Positions 56,397 to 64,000 of a stretch of 64,000 nt of DNA are shown piece by piece (within the stretch, counting starts at the first letter, position 1; each line of letters begins with the position of its first letter). Below the pieces are notes generated by a model. That model was given only the letters and a program-made list of their open reading frames with translations, was not told the origin of the DNA and searched no databases. This DNA is from an uncultured Candidatus Saccharibacteria bacterium (lineage in GTDB: Bacteria; Patescibacteriota; Minisyncoccia; UBA6257; WO2-44-18). The stretch lies in assembly GCA_964503795.1 (NCBI GenBank), contig CAZDBT010000002.1:17989-81988 (forward strand), in the 5' to 3' direction. The translations under genes and the position numbers were made by a program.

Positions 56397-56618
56397 ATGG
56401 CCGGAGAAGCGATCACGGATGGAACGAGAGGCCTTTTCAAGGCTGAACTCACCAGACGCTATGTCGATGGAGGCACCAGGATCGAGACCATTTCTTTCTT
56501 GGCGACTGATCTTCAGGCGGCCCGGGACTTCGCCAACGATGCCTCATTCAGCGAGCCGCTGCTCGACCTAAGGTTCAAAAGCGCGGAGGTGAAAGACGTC
56601 CGGCCGGCAGAAGAGTAG
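56397..56618 (+). CDS. Hypothetical small protein (73 aa)
   Basis: SD ACGGAGGAA upstream and a terminator at 56624-56656 (acggccccgcaaaatggggccgt followed by tttttt). Confidence 0.4.
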   Translation: MAGEAITDGTRGLFKAELTRRYVDGGTRIETISFLATDLQAARDFANDASFSEPLLDLRFKSAEVKDVRPAEE

Positions 56619-56652
56619 AAATATAACGGCCCCGCAAAATGGGGCCGTTTTT

Positions 56653-57426
56653 TTATTTCAAATAACCGGCCTTCTTTAACCAACCCTCATTTTCCCATTC
56701 CCAAAGTTTTTTAGCGCCAAGGAAAGCTTCAAAATCTCCGCGCCAAAGGGGGAATTCCTGCAGTTCGGCAATGCCCGTAAGAGGGGACCATTCGTGGCTA
56801 TCATCATCCGGGCAGAGTCCCTTTTTGGCGCCCCGTATTTTTTCCCGTCCGCCTTTCGGCCGCATGGAAGCGCCACATCGATAGCATTTTTTCTGCTGGT
56901 CAATCCGGAAGATCCAGCGAGTATTTAATCCGGTAAAGATCGGGTCTTTCGCTAGAGCGAACATATAAGCCGAAGTTTGCAGATTATAATCGCGATAGAT
57001 CGCCTGTGAAGTTTTAATGTCCAACACGCCGAACTTTCCGCCGATCAGAGCCAAACCATCTATCGTGCCGGCATATCGATGCTCGGGGTCAAAGATTCTT
57101 CGTTCTATGTTCGCCCCATCAATTTGAATTCCTTTCTGCGCGATCATCTCCCGGGCCGCTTTGATGGCGGGAGCGATACTCTCCGGAACTTCCGGTTCTT
57201 CGCCCACAAAGATCTTTTCCATCGTCTGATGGATTAAAGTGCCTTCTTCGGCGGAAATTTTCGTCTGCGCCAGCGCGGCGGCGTAGCTGGGGGCTTCGGC
57301 GTAATAAAAAAGCAGCGCCGGTTTGTTTTTAATGCCAACGATTTTAGTTACACGCGGATACCAGATGCCATCGATCGTGTACCCGCACTGCTCTTTGAAC
57401 TGATCAACGGTTGTAAAATAATCCAT
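56653..57426 (-). CDS. PD-(D/E)xK nuclease, RecB/Cas4-like family
   Basis: Motif II D (GTIDGLAL), motif III D-I-K (GVLDIKTS), and a RecB-family Q-x-x-x-Y (QTSAYMF). One N-terminal Cys (EQCGY) plus three C-terminal Cys (CYRC...C) is reminiscent of Cas4/AddB Fe-S ligands. The start overlaps the murC stop by 1 nt. Confidence 0.55.
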   Translation of the reverse strand: MDYFTTVDQFKEQCGYTIDGIWYPRVTKIVGIKNKPALLFYYAEAPSYAAALAQTKISAEEGTLIHQTMEKIFVGEEPEVPESIAPAIKAAREMIAQKGIQIDGANIERRIFDPEHRYAGTIDGLALIGGKFGVLDIKTSQAIYRDYNLQTSAYMFALAKDPIFTGLNTRWIFRIDQQKKCYRCGASMRPKGGREKIRGAKKGLCPDDDSHEWSPLTGIAELQEFPLWRGDFEAFLGAKKLWEWENEGWLKKAGYLK

Positions 57427-58769
57427 TACTTTAAAAGTTTTGGAGTCAGTTCGTTAATAGTGCCCGCTCCCATCATAACAACAATGGGGGATAGTCCACC
57501 GCGTTTATTCGCTTCGGCGACCAGTTGTTGCAATGTCTTTTTCAAGTCCATTTCAGGGTGCCTTATGTAGATCGCGCCAATGTCTTTCGCTAGCTTTTCG
57601 GAGGTATATTTTGAACCTCTTTCCGCCTCTCGGCCAGCTACCTGATAGGTAGGTAGAATAACCACCCGGCTAGCGTCTTTAAAGGCCGTTTTAAAGCTAT
57701 CATAGAGCGTAACAAGCCTCTTAGCCTGATGGGGCTGAAAGACGCAAATAAGGGCATTTTTAGGCCATTTCTGCTTGAATCCGGATAGAGTAGCCATGAT
57801 CTCGGAGGGGTGATGGGCGTAGTCGTCATATACTGGTATGCGGTATTTAGTATTGAGTATTGAGTATGAAGACCTTTTGATACCTGATACTGGATACTTA
57901 ATACTTGATACTGTTTCGCGGTTGTCGAAATATCCGCGAAACTCCATACGTCTCCAGGCGCCATGATATTTGCCCAATGCCGAGAGGATAGTTTTCTCCG
58001 GAATATCCAAAAAGCGCGCCACTGCATAGGCGTTTAAGGCATTTTGCACATTATGTTCTCCCGGGATTTTCAATGTCCGGCGGATCTTTTCCTCCAGCAT
58101 TTTATTTTTCGGCCGCTCAACGACCGTATGGCATTGCGACTTAAATTTCTCAAAAGATTTTTTTACGTTGGCGAAAGTTTTATAAAAATCCAGATGTTCG
58201 GCATCAATGTTGGTGATCGTACCCACGAAAGGGAAGTAGTGATGAAAAGCTGCCTTCCATTCGTCGGCTTCCAGCACCAGATAACCGCCTTTGCCTTTAC
58301 GGAAATTTTTTCCGCCAGCCGACGGACCAAATTCTTTTAATTTTGTTCCGACAATTACCGTTGGATCCAGTCCGGCTTCAATAAGGATCAATGCCGTCAT
58401 CGCGGTGGTGGTGCTTTTACCGTGCGAGCCGGCGATGGCGATGGTTTTATAAGTTTTGGTCAGTTCGCCGACAACTTCCGGGTAAGCGCGACAGGCGAGG
58501 CCGAGTTCTTTTGCCTTCTTCAGCTCCTGGTTACTTTCCGGAATTGCGTTGTTGTATACCACCAGCTGAATATTCGGGTGAATATTGGCAGCTTTATGGC
58601 CGGAGAAAAATTTCACGCCTTCTTTCTGCAGCTCCCTGGTCGTGTCGGAGGGGGAGAGATCGGAGCCGGAGACCTGCCATTTCTCCGATAAAAAATAACG
58701 CGCCAAGGCGCTCATCCCGATCCCGCCGATACCGATGAAATGAACTTTGTTTCTTTTCTCTTGCTTCAT
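57426..58769 (-). CDS. murC: UDP-N-acetylmuramate--L-alanine ligase
   Basis: HFIGIGGIGMS Mur ligase N-terminus, GSHGKSTTT P-loop and DDYAHHP motif. It carries a ~18-aa in-frame insertion encoded by a palindromic heptamer-repeat element (see the repeat feature at 57842-57914). Confidence 0.9.
   Translation of the reverse strand: MKQEKRNKVHFIGIGGIGMSALARYFLSEKWQVSGSDLSPSDTTRELQKEGVKFFSGHKAANIHPNIQLVVYNNAIPESNQELKKAKELGLACRAYPEVVGELTKTYKTIAIAGSHGKSTTTAMTALILIEAGLDPTVIVGTKLKEFGPSAGGKNFRKGKGGYLVLEADEWKAAFHHYFPFVGTITNIDAEHLDFYKTFANVKKSFEKFKSQCHTVVERPKNKMLEEKIRRTLKIPGEHNVQNALNAYAVARFLDIPEKTILSALGKYHGAWRRMEFRGYFDNRETVSSIKYPVSGIKRSSYSILNTKYRIPVYDDYAHHPSEIMATLSGFKQKWPKNALICVFQPHQAKRLVTLYDSFKTAFKDASRVVILPTYQVAGREAERGSKYTSEKLAKDIGAIYIRHPEMDLKKTLQQLVAEANKRGGLSPIVVMMGAGTINELTPKLLK
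57842..57914. repeat. Palindromic heptamer-repeat element inside the murC ORF
   Basis: Left arm of 4 AGTATNN heptamers (57842-69), spacer agaccttttg, right arm of 5 ATACTNN heptamers (57880-914). Positions 57887-57908 match 40465-40486 at 21 of 22. Read in frame it gives SSIKYPVSGIKRSSYSILNTKY. Confidence 0.7.
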
Positions 58770-58861
58770 AAAACATCTAAATAATAACAGGAATTTTCCA
58801 CTTGAACTAACGGAAAAATTGTTTTATACTACCAGCGGTTCATTGAGGGAGGTTTCTATCG

Positions 58862-59272
58862 ATGGGTGTGGCGCGTGAGATTTCCAAGTTGCAGAAAAGA
58901 ATCCAAAAGCTACAAGAAACCATCAAGGGACTTAAGTCCAAGTGTTCTCATCAATGGCGGATCGTTAAGAAGCCGGATCTTACCAACTCTCTGGTTGCCG
59001 GAGTTCACGTCGGCAGCGTCGAAGGCCAATCTCGAGTGACGGTGGCCTGTCCGGCAACACTAGACTTCACCTATGAATGCAAAAGGTGCGGCAGTGAACG
59101 GCGAGGGAACGCGATGTATAATTGTCCGAAGTGCTTCGAGAAGCTCGAGGAACGCCGACCTCTTGGCGATAGGGCAGAGTATTTTGGTTTTGATTATAGC
59201 TACTATGCCGTGCAGATCAGTTCTTGTCCAAAATGTGATTTTCGGATCGCTTCGGACATTTACGATCGTTGA
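58862..59272 (+). CDS. Zinc-ribbon-rich small protein (136 aa), hypothetical
   Basis: SD GGAGG upstream. N-terminal coiled coil, then CxxC pairs (CKRCG, CPKCF, CPKCD). Confidence 0.45.
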   Translation: MGVAREISKLQKRIQKLQETIKGLKSKCSHQWRIVKKPDLTNSLVAGVHVGSVEGQSRVTVACPATLDFTYECKRCGSERRGNAMYNCPKCFEKLEERRPLGDRAEYFGFDYSYYAVQISSCPKCDFRIASDIYDR

Positions 59273-59281
59273 AAGTTGCCA

Positions 59282-59308
59282 CACCGCCCACCCGGGCGGT
59301 TTTTTTAC
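59282..59308 (+). terminator. Rho-independent terminator
   Basis: Hairpin ccgcccacccgggcgg followed by ttttttt. Confidence 0.75.
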
Positions 59309-59335
59309 CCGCATCTTTAGTAGTTAGGGGAGGGC

Positions 59336-59378
59336 TAGTTCCTCACAGCCTATCTGTCGCACAAGAAGGGTTTTGCGA
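59336..59378. repeat. Perfect 15-bp inverted repeat with 12-nt spacer (cagcctatctgtcgca ... tgcgacagataggct)
   Basis: No T-run follows. Partially complementary flanks (ggggagggctag / ctagagccgctcccc) nest around it. Confidence 0.7.
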
Positions 59379-59424
59379 CAGATAGGCTTATTAAAACTAG
59401 AGCCGCTCCCCCCCGGTGCTGTAA

Positions 59425-59453
59425 ATTTAAAACCCGCCGGAATGGCGGGTTTT
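59425..59453 (-). terminator. Rho-independent terminator for the gene ending at 59459
   Basis: Hairpin aaaacccgcc-ggaat-ggcgggtttt. Confidence 0.7.
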
Positions 59454-59458
59454 AATGA

Positions 59459-59914
59459 TTACTTTAACGTTGCCTTGTAATCCTCTATCGCTTTAACAAC
59501 CTGCGAGTTGTCTTCCAGATCTTCAATGAATAATATCTGGGATCGGTTGATCTTCATTTCGTCTTTTGGTTTATGGAGCTCCGAGATACCCAACTTGGCC
59601 AAACTGATCGATTGCTGAGGCGTGGCGGTCGTTTTCTTACTGGTGGCTGGCTGAAGCACCTGGCTGACCTGTAAGTAATAAACATCGCGTAAATCGACGT
59701 AATTAGCGTTTAAATTGGCCGCATGACCGAAATACACCTGTCCATTGGTAAGAAAGACCGCCTGATAAGCATTCGCCGAAAGCAGAGTCGGCAACTGCCA
59801 GTTCAAGCCTCCATTTTGCCACACGTAATAACCTAGCAATAAGACTACCGCGACCACCGCCAACAATACGACCGAGAGGATTATTCTTTTTTTAGATCTT
59901 GATTTTTCCGGCAT
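59459..59914 (-). CDS. Hypothetical N-terminally anchored protein (151 aa)
   Basis: Basic N-terminus and one TM helix. No motif. Confidence 0.35.
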   Translation of the reverse strand: MPEKSRSKKRIILSVVLLAVVAVVLLLGYYVWQNGGLNWQLPTLLSANAYQAVFLTNGQVYFGHAANLNANYVDLRDVYYLQVSQVLQPATSKKTTATPQQSISLAKLGISELHKPKDEMKINRSQILFIEDLEDNSQVVKAIEDYKATLK

Positions 59915-59965
59915 TTAAATAATTTATTTTTTGACGACTTATTTATTATATAATATAGCAGAATG

Positions 59966-60724
59966 CTATATCAACGTAAGGATCTCGGTGCCATTTTCCG
60001 TCAGCGCGATCGTGTGTTCAAAATGAGCCGATAAACTGCCGTCCGCGGTCGCATAGCTCTCATCTTTAATTTGAACGATGCCAGGGGAGCCAACGCTAAC
60101 CATTGGCTCAATAGCGATAACCAGGCCTTCTTTTAAGATCGGGCCACTCCCCTTTTTGCCTTCGTTGAAGACACTTGGATCTTCGTGTAATTCTTTTCCA
60201 ATTCCATGACCGGTTAGACCATCAACTACGGAAAAGCCGTGTTGTTTAACGGTGTTGGATATTGCGTGACCGATATCGCCCAGATGTTTACCGATGTTTG
60301 CCATCTTGATGCCGTCAAAGAGAGCCTTTTCGGTGACCCTGATGAGCTTTTGGGCTTTTTCGCTGATCTCCCCTACTCCGATCGTCCAAGCCGCGTCGGC
60401 TTTGTAACCCTGATAGTCCACGCCGAAGTCCAATTTTAAAATATCGCCGTTTTTTAATTTGTAATCTTTCGGCGTGCCGTGCACCACAACATCGTTGAGT
60501 GACGTGCAGATAGAAAAGGCGTAAGGCTTATCGGCGCCGTAAGGTTGGTAGCCTAAAAACGCCGGCTGACCGCCGGCTTTCGTGATCAATTCCTTGGCGA
60601 GTTTATCCAGAGATATCAGATTAGTTCCGACTTCCACCTGCGCGATGATCGCCTTGGCGACCTGCGCGAGTATCTTACCGGCTTGCCGGATCTTCCCGAT
60701 CTCTTCTTTCGTTTTAAGATCCAT
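59966..60724 (-). CDS. map: Methionine aminopeptidase, type I
   Basis: Pita-bread fold with the metal ligands D, D, H, E, E in the expected order (DFGVDYQGYKAD, HGIGKELHE, IAIEPM). Length 252 aa. Confidence 0.9.
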   Translation of the reverse strand: MDLKTKEEIGKIRQAGKILAQVAKAIIAQVEVGTNLISLDKLAKELITKAGGQPAFLGYQPYGADKPYAFSICTSLNDVVVHGTPKDYKLKNGDILKLDFGVDYQGYKADAAWTIGVGEISEKAQKLIRVTEKALFDGIKMANIGKHLGDIGHAISNTVKQHGFSVVDGLTGHGIGKELHEDPSVFNEGKKGSGPILKEGLVIAIEPMVSVGSPGIVQIKDESYATADGSLSAHFEHTIALTENGTEILTLI

Positions 60725-60726
60725 TG

Positions 60727-61413
60727 TTATAGTCCAAGTTTCTTTTTGACCTCCTCAAAAACTACATAAGGCGCGGGAGTGCCGTCAACTTCCAAAATGT
60801 CATGTCCGCGCTTTCGCAACTCGTCCACGATCGGCTTGGTGCGCTCCTCATATTCTTTTATGCGCGTCTGGAGTACGTCTACATTATCCACGGCGCGCTG
60901 GCGTAATTTGGCGCCACAGAGCGGGCATTCGGTATGGTGGTGCGTGGAGTCGTTGTATAGGATCGCGGTGGCGCAGAGCGAGCAGACTTTCCGGTTAGCA
61001 TTACGTTTGATGGCAACTTGCGGGTCGATCTTCAAAAACAAAAAACTGACATTTTCCTTTCCGTACGATTTTTCCAATACCGAGATCAAGCCTTCGTTCT
61101 TGTCGTCGCCAAAGGCTTCAAACATTGTGCGGGGCGAACCGCTGAAAACAATATTGAACCCGGACTCCCCTATTTCTTTGGATTTTTCCGCGGTCAGTCG
61201 CAGAACAAATTCCGGATCTACTAATCTTCCGGCATCAAAATTTTCTTTTTCTTTTTTTACTTCCGGATCTTTAAGATTTTCCGGATCGTTCAGGGATTGT
61301 TCCAGAACTTTACCGGTATCAAAGTGGATGTAGTTTTTCGTCCATGCCAAAAGATTGGCCTGCGTCCCCTTCCCCGATCCTGGCGGTCCATAAATTGCTA
61401 CTGATTTTGCCAT
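60727..61413 (-). CDS. adk: Adenylate kinase with zinc-binding LID
   Basis: P-loop GPPGSGKGTQ and a LID with C-x2-C...C-x2-C. Confidence 0.9.
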   Translation of the reverse strand: MAKSVAIYGPPGSGKGTQANLLAWTKNYIHFDTGKVLEQSLNDPENLKDPEVKKEKENFDAGRLVDPEFVLRLTAEKSKEIGESGFNIVFSGSPRTMFEAFGDDKNEGLISVLEKSYGKENVSFLFLKIDPQVAIKRNANRKVCSLCATAILYNDSTHHHTECPLCGAKLRQRAVDNVDVLQTRIKEYEERTKPIVDELRKRGHDILEVDGTPAPYVVFEEVKKKLGL

Positions 61414-61518
61414 AGGGAAATTTTACCACTTTGGAAATAAAATATGAAACATTTTACAATGCCCGGCGTTTCATATAGAGTGTTGTAGTTCATTAAAATA
61501 ATAGAAAGGGATGCCAGA

Positions 61519-62091
61519 GTGAAATTCGAGCTACATATCACTGTTGATCAGCCTGCAGATGTTGAGTTGTGGACCAGGTTCTGTCGTGGAAAAGACATCA
61601 AGCCGGTATTCGTTGAGCTGTCCCAGGGGCAGTTCCCGAAGCAGTTAATGTGCGCCGTGAATCTGGATTGCGGTTTCCCGGAGATGGAGGCCTACATCAA
61701 GAAGCTGGAGGCAGACATCGCCGACGCCGGATTCAAAACGATCCGCACAAAACTGGAATGTCTGATGAGCGAGATGGCAGAAATGTTCCCGCCGGCGATC
61801 TATCACGAAACTCATTTGATCTTTACTTTGAAGACAGATCAGGTGGATACATTCATGAGGTTGTCGGAGGATCTGGGCATGGTCTGGAGTCGAAATCTAC
61901 TCCCTCGCGAAGATGGTTTGCTGAAATACTATCTGACTCTTCGGCTTAGCTCTGCTAGTCTCGCAGCGGCCAAGGTCTCTTTTAAAGACAAGCTCGTCAA
62001 AGCCCGAAAGGTTTTGCCGGTCCGCAGCGTGCATCTGGAATCCGCCATCTACGACCGCGGCCGATACATCGACAGAGGCTGGATCGAATAA
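61519..62091 (+). CDS. Hypothetical protein (190 aa) inserted antisense between secY and adk
   Basis: GTG start with AAAGGGA upstream and its own terminator. GC- and CTG/GAG-richer than the flanking genes. Confidence 0.45.
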   Translation: MKFELHITVDQPADVELWTRFCRGKDIKPVFVELSQGQFPKQLMCAVNLDCGFPEMEAYIKKLEADIADAGFKTIRTKLECLMSEMAEMFPPAIYHETHLIFTLKTDQVDTFMRLSEDLGMVWSRNLLPREDGLLKYYLTLRLSSASLAAAKVSFKDKLVKARKVLPVRSVHLESAIYDRGRYIDRGWIE

Positions 62092-62095
62092 AAAA

Positions 62096-62126
62096 CTCAA
62101 ACCCCGTTTAAAAACGGGGTTTTTCA
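62096..62126. terminator. Bidirectional rho-independent terminator
   Basis: Hairpin aaccccgttt-aaaaacggggtt followed by ttttc. Confidence 0.75.
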
Positions 62127-62316
62127 TTACCAGACAAAGCGAGCCAACTCTTCTCGTAGCAACCATAAGCGGAGGTTAGCTAATAAAACAATGAACGGAG
62201 GGATGATTTTTGGTTAAGAAATTAACTTCCTTATTGTTAATTTCATCCCAAAAATAGACCGGAGTGAATTGGCTTTATCTAACCGGAGCGGGTTGCGAGA
62301 GAAGAGCTGGCGAGCC

Positions 62317-63609
62317 CTATTGTATTCCGTCGTATTCGCGGAGAGTGAGCTCCGAGTCCAATTGCTTGATCGTATCTAAGACCACCGAGACAACGATCAA
62401 CAGCGCGGTACCGCCAATAGTTAAAGTCTGAACGCCGGTAAGGATCTGGGTTAGGTTCGGAAGGACGGCGATCAAACCCAGGAAAATAGCTCCGAATAAA
62501 GTCAGCCGTTTAGTGAGACTACCGATGTATTCTCCGGTCGGCTCCCCCGGTCGGATGCCAGGCACGAATCCCCCGCTCTGTTGGAGGTTCTTAGCGATCT
62601 CTTTCGGGTCAAAAGTGATGGCAGTGTAGAAGTAGGTGAAGGCCACGACCAAGACGAAATAAACCGCGCTATAGGCGATGTGATTATTCAAAAATTGATT
62701 GACTAAATTCTGCATTTTCACGGAGAATTCCGGCGAAACAACAGAAATTATCTGGGCAAAAAATTGTGGGAAAAGCATAATGGAGATCGCGAAAATGATC
62801 GGGATCACGCCGGCTTGGTTTATTTTTAAAGGCAGGTAGCTGGAAGCGCCGCCATAAACTTTGTTCCCTCGGATACGGCGGGAATAAGAAACCGGAACTT
62901 TGCGCTCTCCTTGGTTCACGAAAACTACACCGGCAATGATAACAATAGACAGGATTATAAAAGCGATGTAGGTCGGCAAATTAGCCGCATTAAAGCTGGT
63001 GATGGCGGTGCGGGCGGCGACCGGAAGGCGGTCAATGATACCGGCAAAGATCAGCAACGAAATTCCGTTGCCGATCTTCTGTTCGCCGATCAATTCGCCG
63101 ATCCACATCAGCAATAAGCTTCCGGCGGTTACGATAGAAACATTCTGAACAGCCTGGAAAATGGATAAATGGGTCAAAATTTGCTGGCTGATCAACAGGT
63201 TCAAGAACCCATAAGCCTGCAAGGCCGCCAAAGGAACGGTAATATAACGGGAAATGCGGTTGAATCTGGCGCGGCCGGCGGCTCCCTCTTCGTAGTACAT
63301 CTGTTTCAGGTTCGGAAAGATCATTGTCAGTAACTGCATGATGATCGTGGCGGTGATGTATGGACCGACGCCCAACATAACAATAGAAAGATTGGTTAAA
63401 CCTCCTCCGGAAAACAGATTAAAAAATCCGAATATCTGGTTGGAGTTGAAAAATTGCTGGAGCCGGACCGGATCAATTCCGGGAACCGGGATCGAGCCAA
63501 GCGCCCGAAAAGCCACCATTCCCAGAACGACGTAAAATATCTTTTTCCGTAGGTCGGGAATTTTAAAGATTTGGAAGAATTTATTCATCCCGTTAGAAAT
63601 AGTGACCAA
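62317..63609 (-). CDS. secY: Preprotein translocase subunit SecY
   Basis: 10-TM SecY architecture. It lies directly downstream of rplO and upstream of adk, the end of the spc operon. The start may be Met8 (MNKFFQI, 63588). Confidence 0.9.
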   Translation of the reverse strand: MVTISNGMNKFFQIFKIPDLRKKIFYVVLGMVAFRALGSIPVPGIDPVRLQQFFNSNQIFGFFNLFSGGGLTNLSIVMLGVGPYITATIIMQLLTMIFPNLKQMYYEEGAAGRARFNRISRYITVPLAALQAYGFLNLLISQQILTHLSIFQAVQNVSIVTAGSLLLMWIGELIGEQKIGNGISLLIFAGIIDRLPVAARTAITSFNAANLPTYIAFIILSIVIIAGVVFVNQGERKVPVSYSRRIRGNKVYGGASSYLPLKINQAGVIPIIFAISIMLFPQFFAQIISVVSPEFSVKMQNLVNQFLNNHIAYSAVYFVLVVAFTYFYTAITFDPKEIAKNLQQSGGFVPGIRPGEPTGEYIGSLTKRLTLFGAIFLGLIAVLPNLTQILTGVQTLTIGGTALLIVVSVVLDTIKQLDSELTLREYDGIQ

Positions 63610-63728
63610 ACGACGTCCACTTAACCGACTTTAATTTTCTTGAGAGAATTATCATTTTTGATGTATTGCTTTGTTGAGTAGAATTTCTAACGGGATTCAT
63701 CAGTTCGTACGCTGAACCCTATTATATC

Positions 63729-64000
63729 TTATTTCGCTTTCTCCGCTACTTTTATCCTTGATACGATTTTTACCACTGCTACCACCTTGCCACCGGCTTT
63801 CTCGATCTTTTCTTTTGCGGACTTGGAAGTCTCCAATCCCTCGACGGTGATGGCGGTCTTGATCTCTCCATCACCGAGTATCTTAACTTTCCGGCCCAGT
63901 ACTTGTTCGCTGATCACTCCGTTCTTGGCGGCTTCGGCGAGGTCTTGAACATTCAAAACCGGCAAGCTAGCTTCGTGCGGCTTGTTCTTGACACCGCGCA
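63729..64000 (-). CDS. rplO: 50S ribosomal protein L15, 5'-truncated by the window edge
   Basis: C-terminal L15 region (KILGDGEI...KAKEKIEKAGGKV). The frame stays open upstream to position 64000. Confidence 0.8.
   Translation of the reverse strand, partial: RGVKNKPHEASLPVLNVQDLAEAAKNGVISEQVLGRKVKILGDGEIKTAITVEGLETSKSAKEKIEKAGGKVVAVVKIVSRIKVAEKAK

Overview
This 64 kb window is densely coded bacterial chromosome, about 50% GC, with roughly 70 protein genes and 2 tRNAs.

**Housekeeping content.** Conserved genes are scattered among membrane and secreted proteins:
- tRNA modification: tgt, tsaC, rsmE and a pseudouridine synthase.
- Nucleotide metabolism: a class II ribonucleotide reductase.
- Cell wall and division: ftsW-murG, murC, alr, an FtsQ-like gene and an M23 peptidase.
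- Aminoacyl-tRNA synthetases: gltX, lysS, serS.
- Transcription and translation: greA and ychF.
- The 3' end of the spc ribosomal operon (rplO-secY-adk-map).

**Organism (inference only).** The repertoire suggests a small-genome, possibly CPR/Patescibacteria-like, organism:
- Three tandem type IV pilin genes.
- A VirD4/VirB4-like ATPase.
- Many GT-C/PMT-like membrane glycosyltransferases, each paired with a Dpm1-like GT2.
- Numerous genes that lack a Shine-Dalgarno sequence but have an extended -10 element 7-15 nt upstream of the start.

**Main observations.**
- Compositionally distinct islands, GC-richer and CTG/GAG/CAG-rich, carry a glyoxylate-shunt pair and a beta-oxidation module.
  - The glyoxylate pair is malate synthase plus an isocitrate-lyase-family enzyme with an atypical RRCGN motif.
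  - The beta-oxidation module is an unusual enoyl-CoA hydratase-acyl-CoA dehydrogenase fusion, a 3-hydroxyacyl-CoA dehydrogenase and a TTM1/2-like P-loop kinase-CYTH fusion.
- Several small cassettes of unknown function sit between housekeeping genes, each with its own promoter, SD and terminator. One is antisense inside the secY-adk junction. Another lies between lysS and serS and carries a 31-nt direct repeat and a 40-bp perfect palindrome.
- Arrays of tandem 7-nt ATACT-type repeats lie immediately upstream of start codons. One palindromic copy is inserted in-frame inside murC.
- A stand-alone Cas4/RecB-like PD-(D/E)xK nuclease is translationally coupled to murC.

All functional assignments rest on motif recognition from the translated ORFs, with no database searches.
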